Below the pieces are notes generated by a model that worked only from the letters and a program-made list of their open reading frames with translations, made no database searches and was not told the DNA's origin. A program made the translations under genes and the position numbers. A stretch of DNA of 64,000 bases from Scyliorhinus canicula (taxonomy: Eukaryota), in assembly GCF_902713615.1 (NCBI RefSeq), contig NW_024055478.1:802363-866362 (forward strand), given 5' to 3'. Of the stretch, positions 23,909 through 35,129 are shown piece by piece; the stretch's first letter is position 1; each line of letters starts with the position of its first letter.

Positions 23909-24837
23909 GGTCTTCTTTGTTCTCTTCCTTCTCTTCCTTTGTATGGCCGATCCTTGCCGTGAACCCTCCTTCGACTGTTCGAAAGCTATGGGATCAAGCA
24001 CAGTATCTGTCAATAAGTTTAATATCTGTAATGCTAGTGTATCTGTCCTCTCCTTCCAATTGACCCTTAAATGAATGGCCAAGTCACACCCTGTGACTCC
24101 CCTCATTTTTTGTTTTCAAATACGAATTTAGGAGCAGATATACACCTAACAACTTTACCACTGCGAGCCGTCTCGCAGGCTGTGCGATTTACCATCCGAA
24201 TGTTCCTGGATGTAAATAGCATGTGGGATGGCTGCCGAAGGGCTACCTAAAGAAAACTGAAACCGAATTTTGAACCAAAAGGTCGAATAAGTTGCGTATG
24301 GGCCGCTACGAGTAAGATTTGTATGGGATCCCCGGGTAAGGCGTGCTGTGCCGTACCCGAGCTTGGCTGACAAAAGGGGGTTCTCAGACAGGGCGGGTCC
24401 TCAATGCCATTTCTCCACTGCCTGAGCAACCTGAAATGAACGGGTATGAATGTATTCATCGTGGGATTGCAGCCTCTATTCACAGAATAGAGGGGCACCT
24501 GAAAAACAAGGGAGGAGCCAAGATGCTCCAACATCGGAAAGCAGATTACAAGTCGTGAACTTTGTCGGTTCACCAGAGGATACTGAACTGAAGTTCTCAG
24601 AGGTATCTGCGGACAAACTAACGTGCGTGCGAGGCGGTCACAAGCTTTTCAGCTGAAAAGAAGATGGTCAACCTCCAATCAAACCTTTAACAAACAACAA
24701 AGTGATCTGATCTCCAATCAAACCATTAATATTATCAATAAACAAACAAACACAAACAAACAAAACATACGTGCAGGTTCCATCAGAAAGGATTTCGCTT
24801 CCCTCAAGCGGTTCCTCTTTTACATCATCTGGACACC

Positions 24838-26298
24838 TCACTTCTCCTCTCTCTCTGTGAACAGGGTCACAAAGGGGTTGCAGTATCGGGAGTCAGACAT
24901 CACGTCTTTCTCTTCTCCCGGATCCCACACTCTTGTATGGATCAGGCATGCGATCTGTGCGTTATGTGACCGGGGGTCACTCTCATCATTACGGACAAGT
25001 CTCCATGAATTGTCCCTGTGCCAAAGTGTGGTATCTAAGTTTGAAGGGTCATTGTCGGTGTCGTCGGGGTCGGGTGGTGGGTCTGGGTGTGGGTCTGGAT
25101 ATTTAATGTAGGTGACCTCCATGGAGTCACTGGAGTCGGGGTCGTAGTCGCTGAAGTGGCGGCTGTAGGGTGGGGTGCTGTGGCTGTCCTCATTGTCAGA
25201 GTCAGTGTCGCTGTCTCTGCTGTGGCAGCTTGTGGGCGTTTCGGGGCGTGGTCTGAAGTCAGTGGGCGGAGTCGTGGGCGAGTCCAATGAGGAACTGGTC
25301 TGTGAGGGGGATGGTGGGAATGTGTCTCTAGTGGGCGGGGCGAGATGTTCTGCTGCGTCTAGCAGGACATGGTGTGTGTGGTTAAACTGTGTTCCATATG
25401 CCTTCAGTTGGTTAATATGAAACCACGCAGTCTTACCGTTGGGGTATTTTATTCTGTAAATGGAGGGGCTAATTTTGTCCGAAATTGAATAAGGGCCGGA
25501 AAATTTAGGTGCCAAAAAGCTGCTGGGGTTCTAAACAGATAACATTACCTGTTGTCCAACCTGAAATTCTGTGGAGTGTACATTCTTATTAAAGCAAGCT
25601 GTGCTTTGTTTTCCTCTTTTTCCCAATTTTACTGCGGCTGCTAACTGTGCAGACCTCACAGTCTCAACTAGGTCTTTGACTGCCTTCTCATGTGTGAGGG
25701 CCCTCACTTCGGGGCTAGTCATGTCCAGTCCAAAAAGGAATTCTGTACCTTTCATAGGGCGTCTGGTCATGAGTGTGTGTGGGGTGAATCCTGTGGATGA
25801 TGAAACCGTGTTGCGGATGAACATGAGTGCGAATGGGAGTACTGAATCCCATGTTGAATTGTTCTCCTGAACCATTTTTCTAAGGGTCGATTTTAGGGTC
25901 CGATTCATGCGTTCAACTATCCCGCTTGACTGGGGGTGATACGCAATGTGGAAATTTTGTTGAAGTGAGATCCCTGATCTGACTCTATACTTCTCGGGAG
26001 ACCCCATAGCGTGAAGATGTGGTGGGTCAGGATCTTTGCAGTTGTCTTAGCTGTATTGGTGCGTGAGGGGAATGCCTCTACCCATTTGGTAAAGGTGTCT
26101 ATAACGACCAGAACATATTTATAGCCATTCCTACAAGGGGGCAATGGTCCTATAAAATCGATCTGGAGGTTAGTCCAGGGGCCATTAACAAATCGAGTAT
26201 GTCTAAGTTGTGCCTTTTTCGAGTACCTCTCCGGGTTATTTTGTGCACAAATTAGGCAATTCTCGATGTAATGGGTCACATCGTTTCTTAAATTTGGC
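24838..26298 (-). pseudogene. Retroviral/Ty3-gypsy-type integrase (3' part of pol), disrupted
   Basis: Zn-binding CLIC, IDFIGPLPP, YVLVVIDTFTKW, SDQGSHF, YHPQSSGIVERMN, GPY motif KFSGPY. About 14 codons deleted with a frameshift between the second D and the E, a premature TAG at 25531-25533, and a long acidic/Pro-rich C-terminal extension. Confidence 0.9.
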
Positions 26299-28020
26299 GG
26301 GAGCTTTAGGTACCTGGGGGTGCAAGTGGCCAGGGACTGGGGGACTCTCCACAAGCATAACTTTACCAGACTGGTAGATCAGATGGAGGAGGAGTTCAGG
26401 AGGTGGGACATGCTGCCATTGTCGTTGGCAGGGAGGGTGCAGTCCATCAAAATGACAGTGCTTCCGAGGTTCTTGTTCCTTTTTCAGTGCCTGCCCATAT
26501 TTATTCCCAGGGCCTTCTTTAGGAGAGTGACCGGCAGTATTCTGAGCTTTGTGTGGGCACATGGGACTCCGAGAGTGAGGAGGGTGTTCCTGGAACGAGG
26601 AAGGGATAGAGGCGGGCTGGCGCTGCCCAACTTTCTGGGGTACTATTGGGCAGCCAATGTGTCAATGGTGCGTAAATGGGTGATGGAGGGGGGAGGGGCG
26701 GCGTGGAAAAGAATGGAGATGGCGTCATGTAGAGGTACGAGCCTGGGTGCCATGGTAACGGCACCGTTGCCGCTCTCCCCCAAGAGGGTTACCACGAGCC
26801 CGGTGGTGGCGGCGACCCTAAGAATCTGGGGACAGTGGAGACGGCATCGGGGGAAAACAGGGGGCTCGATGGAGGCTCCACTGGGTGGCAACCATCGGTT
26901 CATCCCGGGGAACACGGATGGGGGATTCAGGGGATGGCAAAGGGCGGGCATCAGCAAATTGAGGGACCTGTTTATTGGCGGGAGGTTTGCGGGCCTGGGG
27001 GAGCTGGAAGATAAATTTGGCCTTCCCCAGGGGAACATGTTCAGATACCTGCAGGTAAAGGCGTTTGCTAGGCGACAGGTAGAGGGATTCCCTTTGCTGC
27101 CCTCGCAGGGGACGATGGACAGAGTGCTTTCGGGGGTGTGGGTAGGAGAGGGGAAGGTGTCTGACATCTATAAGGTAATGCAGGAGGTGGAGGAGTCGTC
27201 AGTGGAGGAGCTGAAGGCTAAATGGGAGGAGGAACTCGGGGAGCAGATAGAGGACGGGACTTGGGCGGAGGCCTTGGAGAGAGTCAACTCTTCCTCCTCA
27301 TGTGCGAGGCTTAGTCTCATCCAATTTAAGGTGCTGCACCGGGCCCACATGTCCGGGACTAGGATGAGTAGGTTCTTCGGGGGTGAGGACAGGTGCACCA
27401 GATGTTCGGGGAGTCCTGCGAAAGACGCCCATATGTTCTGGGCATGCCCAGCACTGGAAGAATTCTGGAAGTGGGTGGCGGGGACGGTGTCGAGGGTGGT
27501 TGGATCCAGGGTCAAGCCAGGGTGGGGACTCGCGCTTTTTGGGGTTGGGATGGAGCCGGGAGTGCAGGAGGCGAAAGAGGCCGGGGTCCTGGCCTTTGCG
27601 TCCCTAGTAGCCCGTCGAAGGATTCTGCTACAGTGGAAGGATGTGAGGCCCCCAAGCGTGGAGACCTGGATCAGTGACATGGCGGGATTTATAAAATTGG
27701 AAAAGGTCAAATTTGCCCTGAGAGGATCAACACAAGGGTTCTATAAACGGTGGCAGCCTTTTCTGGACTTCCTGGCTCAGAGATAGGTAACTGGGTCAAT
27801 AGCAGCAGCAACCCGGGGGGGGGGGGTGCATTATTGTAGTGTTTATTCTGTAACTTTATAGTGTTTTAATTTGCGTTGTTGTTAAAATGCTGGGTTGTTC
27901 ATGGGGATGGGGCGAATGTATATGATTGTTAATATTATTGTTATTTTCGGTATTTTACTAAGGTGCGTTATTGTTGTATAAAATCAAAATTTCTCAATAA
28001 AAATTATTTAAAAAAAAAAA
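26299..28020 (+). mobile_element. 5'-truncated L1/Tx1-clade LINE (RT C-terminal half, 3'UTR, poly(A))
   Basis: Uninterrupted 488-codon frame 26320-27786 with FRYLGVQVA, LSLAGRVQSIKM, GGLALPN, CTRC...HMFWAC. AATAAA at ~27996 and an A-tail to 28020. A different subfamily from the intronic copy. Confidence 0.92.
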
Positions 28021-28047
28021 CAAAGGACTTTGAATGGATCAGCACCG

Positions 28048-28119
28048 AGGCACGGGCAAGAGTCGAACCCGCGATTTTTGGTTTACGAAACCAACGCCTT
28101 TCCTCTGGGCCACCGCACC
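28048..28119 (-). tRNA. trnT-CGT: tRNA-Thr(CGT), probably a pseudogene
   Basis: Minus strand ggtgcggtggcccagaggaaaggcgttggtttcgtaaaccaaaaatcgcgggttcgactcttgcccgtgcct follows the vertebrate Thr-CGT scaffold, with D-loop and T-stem changes. Confidence 0.7.
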
Positions 28120-28870
28120 TTATGCAAGTAAATGATGTTGATTGCACTGTGAGTTGTTATCATTTGGAGTCTGGCGCAACAATTGATGAGAGAAGAAGAA
28201 TCAATAGAACTTTTCAAAAAGTATTGTCAGAACTTGAGAACGGAAAACCCCGCGGGATTTAAATGCAGGGTGAAAAGGGCAATAGAAAAAGTTATTTCAA
28301 ATAGGCGGAGGTAGCGTCAGTTCAATCTGCCCCCACCCCTCCGACACTATATTGTTCTCAGTGAGTTGAGCAGGTGCAGGATGGTCACGGGCTGCTGGGT
28401 GCTCAACTGTGGCTATTTCCGCTCCATCACTTGTGACTGCAGCTGATATTCGCCGCACAATTTTCAGCTTTGAATCTGCGGTGCCCGGTCACAGTTTCCG
28501 TTTGATGGCCTCGCTCCAACACCATTGGGATATTCTAGACATCGCTGCCGCTGCTCGATTCCTGTCATTGGTTGGATCAGCAATGCAGTGGGACCTGAAT
28601 CTGGATTGCTGCTCTGACAGATAATTGACTGCGCTAAAGAGCGATTGATTCAGGAACGATCGCGGGGAACTGCCTCGTCACCCTCTTCGTTATGATCTCG
28701 CTACTCAGTATTTCCTTCACTGCAAAACCCCCATTCTCCCCTTACTGAGTAACCAGATATTATTGTTAATTAAATAATAATGAGTATGGTGCAGGTGACC
28801 GTTACGTTGGTCAATATGAGGCTGATTCTGAATTTTGAGATTATTATTGTTTTCTGTTCGTTTCTATCAG

Positions 28871-29169
28871 ACTGGAGCCACCAAGACCCAGTGGAACATC
28901 TGGACGCTGAAATGAGGGTTAAAGAGGATACTGACGCCACACAGCAGTTCAATCGATACTGACGATCCTGATACACAGTCAGCATCGGGCAGCCTGCATG
29001 GTTCATATTCCGTCTGATTGGAGAGAATCTGCGTAGCAGCAAATGTAGAAGTGATCGCAATATGACACATATATAAAGAAATACCAGCACAAAAATAGAG
29101 AGATCCCCATATGTGTCTGTGCCGTCAATCACATTATAGCTGAAAGGCAGAGGGTCCCAGAAACAAACC
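28871..29169 (+). pseudogene. Highly decayed TCR-type V segment relic with RSS
   Basis: Polypyrimidine acceptor at 28870. FR1-like DPVE..DAEMRVKE, FR2-like S*Y..SIGQPAWFIFR (TGA where Trp is expected), end TGT GCC GTC AAT (CAVN), then CACATTA (29130-29136), 23 bp and an A-rich nonamer. Confidence 0.55.
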
Positions 29170-29192
29170 GACACCGAGAGGGGTAGGGGTAT

Positions 29193-29223
<31 letters not shown>

Positions 29224-29324
29224 GGGGGGGGGCGGTGATATACATCTCTCAAGGTGGATACGAGAGGGCGGTCAGAAAGACCATCGCCATTTATTATTAT
29301 GTGAAAATGGAGCAAGACGGGTTA

Positions 29325-31048
29325 TTGGATTGGATTTGTTTATTTTCACGTGTACCGAGGTACAGTGAAAAGTATTTTTCAGCAAGCAGCTCAACAGATC
29401 ATTTAGTACATGGCAGAAAAGGGAATTAAACGAAATTCAAGAAAATACAAGAAAATACGTGGGACTAAATAATAGGGAAACAAAAGATATACAATGTAAC
29501 TACATAAGCATTGGCATCGGTTGAAGCATACAGGGTGTAGTGTTAATGAGGTCAGTCAATAAGAGAGTCATTTAGGAGTCTGGTGACAGTGGGGAAGAAG
29601 CTGTTTTTGAGTCTGTTCGTGCGTGTTCTCAGACTTCTGTATCTCCTGCCCGATGGAAGAAGTTGGAAAAGTGAGTAAGGTGGGTGGGAGGGATCCTTGA
29701 TTATGCTGCCCGCTTTCCCCCGCAGCAGGAGGTGTAGATGGAGTCCATGGATGGGAGGCAGGTTCGTGTGATGGACTGGGCGCTATTCACGACTCTCTGA
29801 AGTTCTTTGCGGTCCTGGGCCGAGCAGTTGCCATACCAGGCTGTGATATAGCCCGATAGGATGCTTTCTATAGTGCATCTGTAAAAGTTGGTAAGGGTTA
29901 ATGTGGACATGCCGAATTTCCTTAGTTTCCTGAGGAAGTGTAGGTGCTGTTGTGCTTTCTTGGTGATAGCATCGACGTGAGTGGACCAGGACAGAGTTTT
30001 GGTGATGTGCACCCCTAGGAATTTGAAACTGCTAACCATCTCCACCTCGGCCCCGTTGATGCTGACAGGGGTGTGTACAGTACTTTGCTTCCTGAAGTCG
30101 ATGCCAGTTCTTTTGTTTTGCTGGCATTGAGGGAGAGATTGTTGTCGTTACACCACTCCACTAGGTTCTCTATCTCCCTCCTGTATTCGGACTCGTTGTT
30201 ATTCAAGATCCGGCCCATTATGGTCGTATAGTCAGCCAACTTGTAGATGGAGTTGGAACCAAGTTTTGCCACGCAGTCGTGTGTGTACAGGGAGTAGAGT
30301 AGGAGGCTAAGTATCCAGCCTTGCGGGGCACCGGTATTGAGGACTATTGTGGAGGAGGTGTTGGTGTTCATTCTTACTGATTGTGGTCTGTTTGGTCAGA
30401 ATGTCAAGGATCCAGTTGCAGAGTGGAGAGCCAAGTCCTAGGTTTTGGAGCTTTGATATGAGCTTGGCTGGGATTATGATGTTGAAGGCGGAGCTGTAGT
30501 CAAGAAATAGGAGTCTGATGTAGGAGTCCTTGTTTTCGAGATGCTCTAGGGATGAGTGTAGGGCCAGGGAAATGCTGTCTGATGTGGACCGGTTGCAACG
30601 GTATGTGAATTGAAGTGGGTCAAGGCGTTCCAGGAGTATGGAGGTGATGCGCTTCATGATCAGTCTCTCGAAGCACTTCATTACAATTGACGTCAGGGCC
30701 GCTGGAGGGTAGTCATTGAGGAATGTTGCCTCGTTCTTCTTTGGTACCGGTATGATGGTGGTCTTCTTGAAGCAGGTGGGGACCTCGGAGTGGAGTAGGG
30801 ATAGGTTAAAGATGTCTGTGAATACCTCTGCCAACTGGTATGTGCAGGCTCTGAGTGCACGACCAGGGATCCCACCCGGGCCCGTCGCCTTCCGTGGGTT
30901 CACTTTCAGGAAGGCCGATCTGACTTCGGAAACTGTGATGGTGGGTATGGGTGAATTAAGGGCTGCTGGGGCACTCGACAGCGGATTGTTGGTTACCTGC
31001 TCAAACCGAGCATAGAATGCATTAAGTTCATTGGGAAGGGATGCGCAG
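29325..31048 (-). mobile_element. Rex1/Babar-type LINE fragment (RT, decayed)
   Basis: ELNAFYARFE, KATGPGGIPGRAL, FNLSL..SEVPTCFKKTTIIPVPKK, FLDYSSAFN, GAPQG..LS.LLYSLYTHDC, LTNFYRCTIESIL. 3' (ATCCA)n tail. Other 3'-end copies at ~34480-34930 (-) and ~47350-47450 (+). Confidence 0.85.
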
Positions 31049-31049
31049 T

Positions 31050-31220
31050 ATGTAAGAAGTCTACAACACCAGGTTAAAGTCCAACAGGTTTGTTTCAAAC
31101 ACGAGCTTTCGGAGCGCAGCTCCTTCCTCAGGTGAATCACAAAACAGAATCATTTAACCTGGTGTTGTAAGACTTCTTATTGTGCTCACCCCATTCCAAC
31201 GCCGGCATCTCCACATCATG
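31050..31220. mobile_element. Penelope-type terminal-repeat remnant, arranged as an inverted repeat
   Basis: aagaagtctacaacaccaggttaaa (~31053-31078) and tttaacctggtgttgtaagacttctt (~31153-31178) are inverted. A partial copy lies at ~51783-51845. Confidence 0.6.
31104..31134 (-). ncRNA. Minimal hammerhead ribozyme motif
   Basis: Minus strand CAC-CUGAGGA-A-GGAGC-UGC-GCUCC-GAAA-G-CUC, followed by GUG able to pair with the 5' CAC. Confidence 0.65.
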
Positions 31221-31544
31221 GCCAGAGATACTGCTCGACCCGGCCCGGTTATGTAGATCTTTGGGCTTTTTTCTGAGGGATTCTTCTCCAGAGACCGCTG
31301 CGATAGGCCCATTGAAGATTTTAAGACAGATGTGGTTGGATTCTCAACTGAAAAGGTAATCAAAGGTTATCCGGGGTAGGTGAAATGTGAATCTGAGGTC
31401 ATGTTCACACCTGTCACGAACTTATTGAATGTTGGAGAAGGCTCAAGGGGATGAATAGCCAACTCCTGCTCAACATTCGTCTGTCAGCAGGTCCGTGAGG
31501 AGGCGTCACAATCTCCTGAGTTATCGAGGGAGACACAGCACCGT

Positions 31545-33165
31545 TGAGCGATTGATATGTTTTACCCTCAGCATCCCCCCCCCAGCCCATACCATCCTAC
31601 TTCAGCAATCTGATCCCTGTTTGTAATTGTTCTCTGACGCACTGTTTACCTTTGTTCTGCCATTAACACATTCTGACCGCTTGATGCGCCATCAGCACCT
31701 TTCTTAGCCTTGATTAACCTCATTTACATTCCCTTTTTCTTTCTGCCCGAGACACTTTCGTCATTTCCCACCTATTGCTAGCCCTCTATCGAGGCCCAAT
31801 ACAGCACTCCACCACCCCCACCCCCCACCCACAATCGTCTGAATCTCCAGTTCCAGTTCTCCAGCTTTGACAAAGAGTCCACTTGACTGGAAACGACAGC
31901 TGCCATTTCGCTCCCCAGAGGCTGTCAGACCTGCTCAGATTGTCCAGTATTTTCTGTTTTTGTTTCCGTTTGAAGCATCCGCAGTAAGTTGCATTTGTCA
32001 TACATTTAGACATGTTTGAGATTGTGATTAATGTTCATTTGTAAATCGCTGAAACTCTGTTGTGGATGAACTAGCTGCTAATATCCGAGCTGTGCCAAGG
32101 TATGAAAATTGTTCACCTCTCATTGCCTGCCAAAAATTCAGTGCTTGGGCCTTAATGTTCAACTCAGTTTAGTGGCTCATGTGAGACGAAATCTCATAGT
32201 CCAGGAACACACGAGATTCCGGCAACATTCAGGAAACAGAATTATTTTGTGCCCAATAATTGTGCAAACTTTTCTCACACGAAATGCTAAATGTTCGATG
32301 TTTCTGCCCGGTTTCGAACCGGGGACCTTTCGCGTGTAAGGCGAATGTGATAACCACTACACTACAGAAACCGCTGGCTATCAATGGACGTGCGGAATGT
32401 ACAACCTCACTGTGTTGCTGCAGATTCTGATGGTCTGTTTGAGAGGCCAGGCCCCTTGTTGCAAGCGACAGCTGTTTCTTAAATTAACAGATGTCTCAAC
32501 ATATAAAGCCGTGAGATGTAGAAATGATATCGAAATTAACATAAATTGTATTTTGCTTAATGTCTGTCTTAAATTTGTGCTCTTTGGTCTCGAGGTCTGT
32601 TTCTCGTTTAGGGATTTTCAATCAATGCCTGTGGGAGTGGTCGTGGGTTTAAATCCAGGACAGGCTCTTTACTCCAGGTCAGGGATTATGAATTGTTTGC
32701 AATGCTGACGGCGGGGTTGATTTACATTGGCCAACTCTGAAAAAGATTTCTCAGGACTCGGGATGTTTACGTCGTTTCTCTCCCCACAGATGCTGCTCGA
32801 GAGAGACAGTGTCTGACCTGGAGTGCGTTTGGATAACATTGATGCTCCAGGTCTGTGTTAACCACAGGCACGCGACCTATCTAATCCACAGAGCCAAAGT
32901 GGAGAATTGAACTGACTGGGGAGCTGGATCTTAACGCTGACCTCCCGGACCTCGGCGTCGTGAAATGTTCCAAAGAAGCTCAACAGACACTCGAGGAACA
33001 GCAGCGCATCTTTCCACTGGGCTCAATACAGCTTTCACACTCAGTGTGTGTTCAGCGGTGTCACACTGTAAATGAACTTTGTTTTCCTGTCGACAAATGC
33101 CGCCTGACTACCTGAGATGTTGCAGTACTTTTGGCGTTCTCCGCAGATGTTAGATGGACTTTGCG
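31545..33165. repeat. Diverged partial copy of the terminal tandem-array unit (lacks the tRNA-Pro)
   Basis: Colinear with 54280-56330 apart from an internal deletion of several hundred bp. Homology stops ~45 bp before the Pro gene position. Confidence 0.8.
32299..32371 (-). tRNA. trnV-TAC: tRNA-Val(TAC), intact cloverleaf
   Basis: gtttctgtagtgtagtggttatcacattcgccttacacgcgaaaggtccccggttcgaaaccgggcagaaaca; all stems pair, A and B boxes present. Confidence 0.9.
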
Positions 33166-33506
33166 ACGCCTTGAAATTTTCTGTTTTTGTTTACTATTGA
33201 CGCATCCGCAGTAAGTTGCTTTTATCGTACATTTATACATATTTGAAATGGTGATTAAATATGTCCATCTGCATCTGTGAACCCAATAGATTCTGTGGTG
33301 GATGAACATACTGCTAATATCGGAATTGTGGCAAAATAGGAAAGGCTTTTCTTCCTCCCGCGTCTTGAAAATTCAGTATTTCTGACTTTGTTGCAGGAAT
33401 TTTAATACCTTATGCGAGACCAATTTGGAACTTCTTCGAACGTGCGAGATTGAGAAACAAACGTATTTCGTGCAAACATTCGTCACACAAAATGAGAAGC
33501 ACGGGA

Positions 33507-33579
33507 TGTTTCTGCCCGGTTTCAAACCGCGGTCCTTTCGCGTGTTCGGGGAATGTGATAACCACTACACCACAGAAAC
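33507..33579 (-). tRNA. trnV-AAC: tRNA-Val(AAC) pseudogene
   Basis: Val scaffold with anticodon-stem and T-arm mismatches and T-loop TTTGAAA. The segment 33170-33790 is duplicated at ~35900-36500. Confidence 0.75.
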
Positions 33580-33909
33580 TGCTGGGAGCGCCGCGAACTG
33601 TTGACGTGTGCAATGTTCAACCTCAATATGTTGCTGCAGCTTCTAATTTTTTCCGCTGAGAGGCCATGTAACTTATTGGAAGAAGCCGTTTCATTAAAAA
33701 TGATGTCTCAACTTATCAAAGATCAGATATTTTGACTTTGCTGAACTGACGATAAGTTATGTTTTGCTTGAAGTTAAATTGAGAGGGCAGGGCTTTCATT
33801 AGTAACCACAGCTGAAACGAGAATTGATGATGCCCTGCTCAATTTGCTCTGCATCAGGAAACAGCTGTCCAACCCACTGAACTAAAGGGTACGCCAAAAC
33901 TAGGAACTG

Positions 33910-33982
33910 CGAGCCAGCCAGGAGTCGAACCTGGAATCTCCTGATTCGTAGTCAGACGCGTTATCCATTGCGCCACTAGCCC
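33910..33982 (-). tRNA. trnR-ACG: tRNA-Arg(ACG)
   Basis: gggctagtggcgcaatggataacgcgtctgactacgaatcaggagattccaggttcgactcctggctggctcg, nearly identical to the vertebrate Arg-ACG scaffold. Confidence 0.88.
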
Positions 33983-34076
33983 ACAGCAGTTATTGGCTTT
34001 TGCTATTCCTCGATGATGAAGACCAGTTACGAGATTGAGCTAATATTTAGCGACAGACTAAACTGGAAACACCAGA

Positions 34077-34149
34077 TGTTTCTGCCCGGTTTCGAACCGG
34101 GGACCATTCGCGTGTAAAGCGAATGTGATAACCACTACACTACAGAAAC
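34077..34149 (-). tRNA. trnV-TAC: tRNA-Val(TAC)
   Basis: Complete Val cloverleaf with anticodon loop TTTACAC and an intact GGTTCGAAACC B box. Confidence 0.85.
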
Positions 34150-35129
34150 AGCTGGCAACGCAGATGCCAACGGACCTGTGTCGCACTCAACCCAACAGCC
34201 TTTTTGCAGCTTCGCATGGTTCGGCTGCGAGGCCATGTCACTTCTTACAAGAACACGTCTGTTTCTTTAAAACAGATGTCTAAACTTACAAGGCAGAAGA
34301 AGAACCTATATTGAGCTGAAGAATTTGTTCAGCAAATCTCTAACGGCGTAATGCTCTCTTCTATTAGTAATGCAGCAGTCTTAAATCCTAAAGAAAAAAG
34401 CAACCGGCATTACACAATATTTGTTTCGTTATTCAATGCTTGAGTTGAGTTTCAGAATTGACAATTATGCTTTTTTAAATATTGGATTGGATTGGATTTG
34501 TTTATTGTCACGTGTACCGAGGTACAGTGAAAAGTATTTTTCTGCAAGCAGTTCAACAGATCATTCAGTACATGGGAAGAAAAGGGAATTAAATAGAATT
34601 CAAGATAATACATGAGAATACATAATCGGGCAACACAATATATACAATGTAACAACATAAGCATTGGCATCGGATGAAGCATGCATGGGTGTAGTGTTAA
34701 TGGTCAGTCAATAAGAGGGTCATGTAGGAGTCTGGTGACAGTGGGGAAGAAGCTGTTTTTGAGTCTGTTCGTGCGTGTTCTCAGACTTCTTAATCTCCTG
34801 CCCGATGGAAGAAGTTGGAAAAGTGAGTAAGCCGGGTGGGAGGGATCGTTGATTATGCTGCCTGCTTTCCCCCGGCAGCTGGAGATGTAGATGGAATCAA
34901 TGGATGGCAGGCAGGTTCGTGTGATGGACTCAGACCTCTTAGTGTTTTGGTGTGTAACATGCTGCAGCCTAAATACCGTTCATGTATAAGAAAGGAGGGG
35001 TAATTGCAAATAAACTTTGAGCCTGGATTCCCTCAGTGGCATTTCCTGTTTCTCCATCAGGAACACCGTTTTTTTCTTTCTCAAAGCTGGTTCAGTTAAG
35101 TCTCTGGCATTTCCTCTAAGTCAGTTACA

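Noticed and set aside
24155-25111. Short ORFs on both strands between pol and the membrane ORF as accessory genes
   Set aside because: No recognisable motifs or strong start context; they need family-level conservation data.
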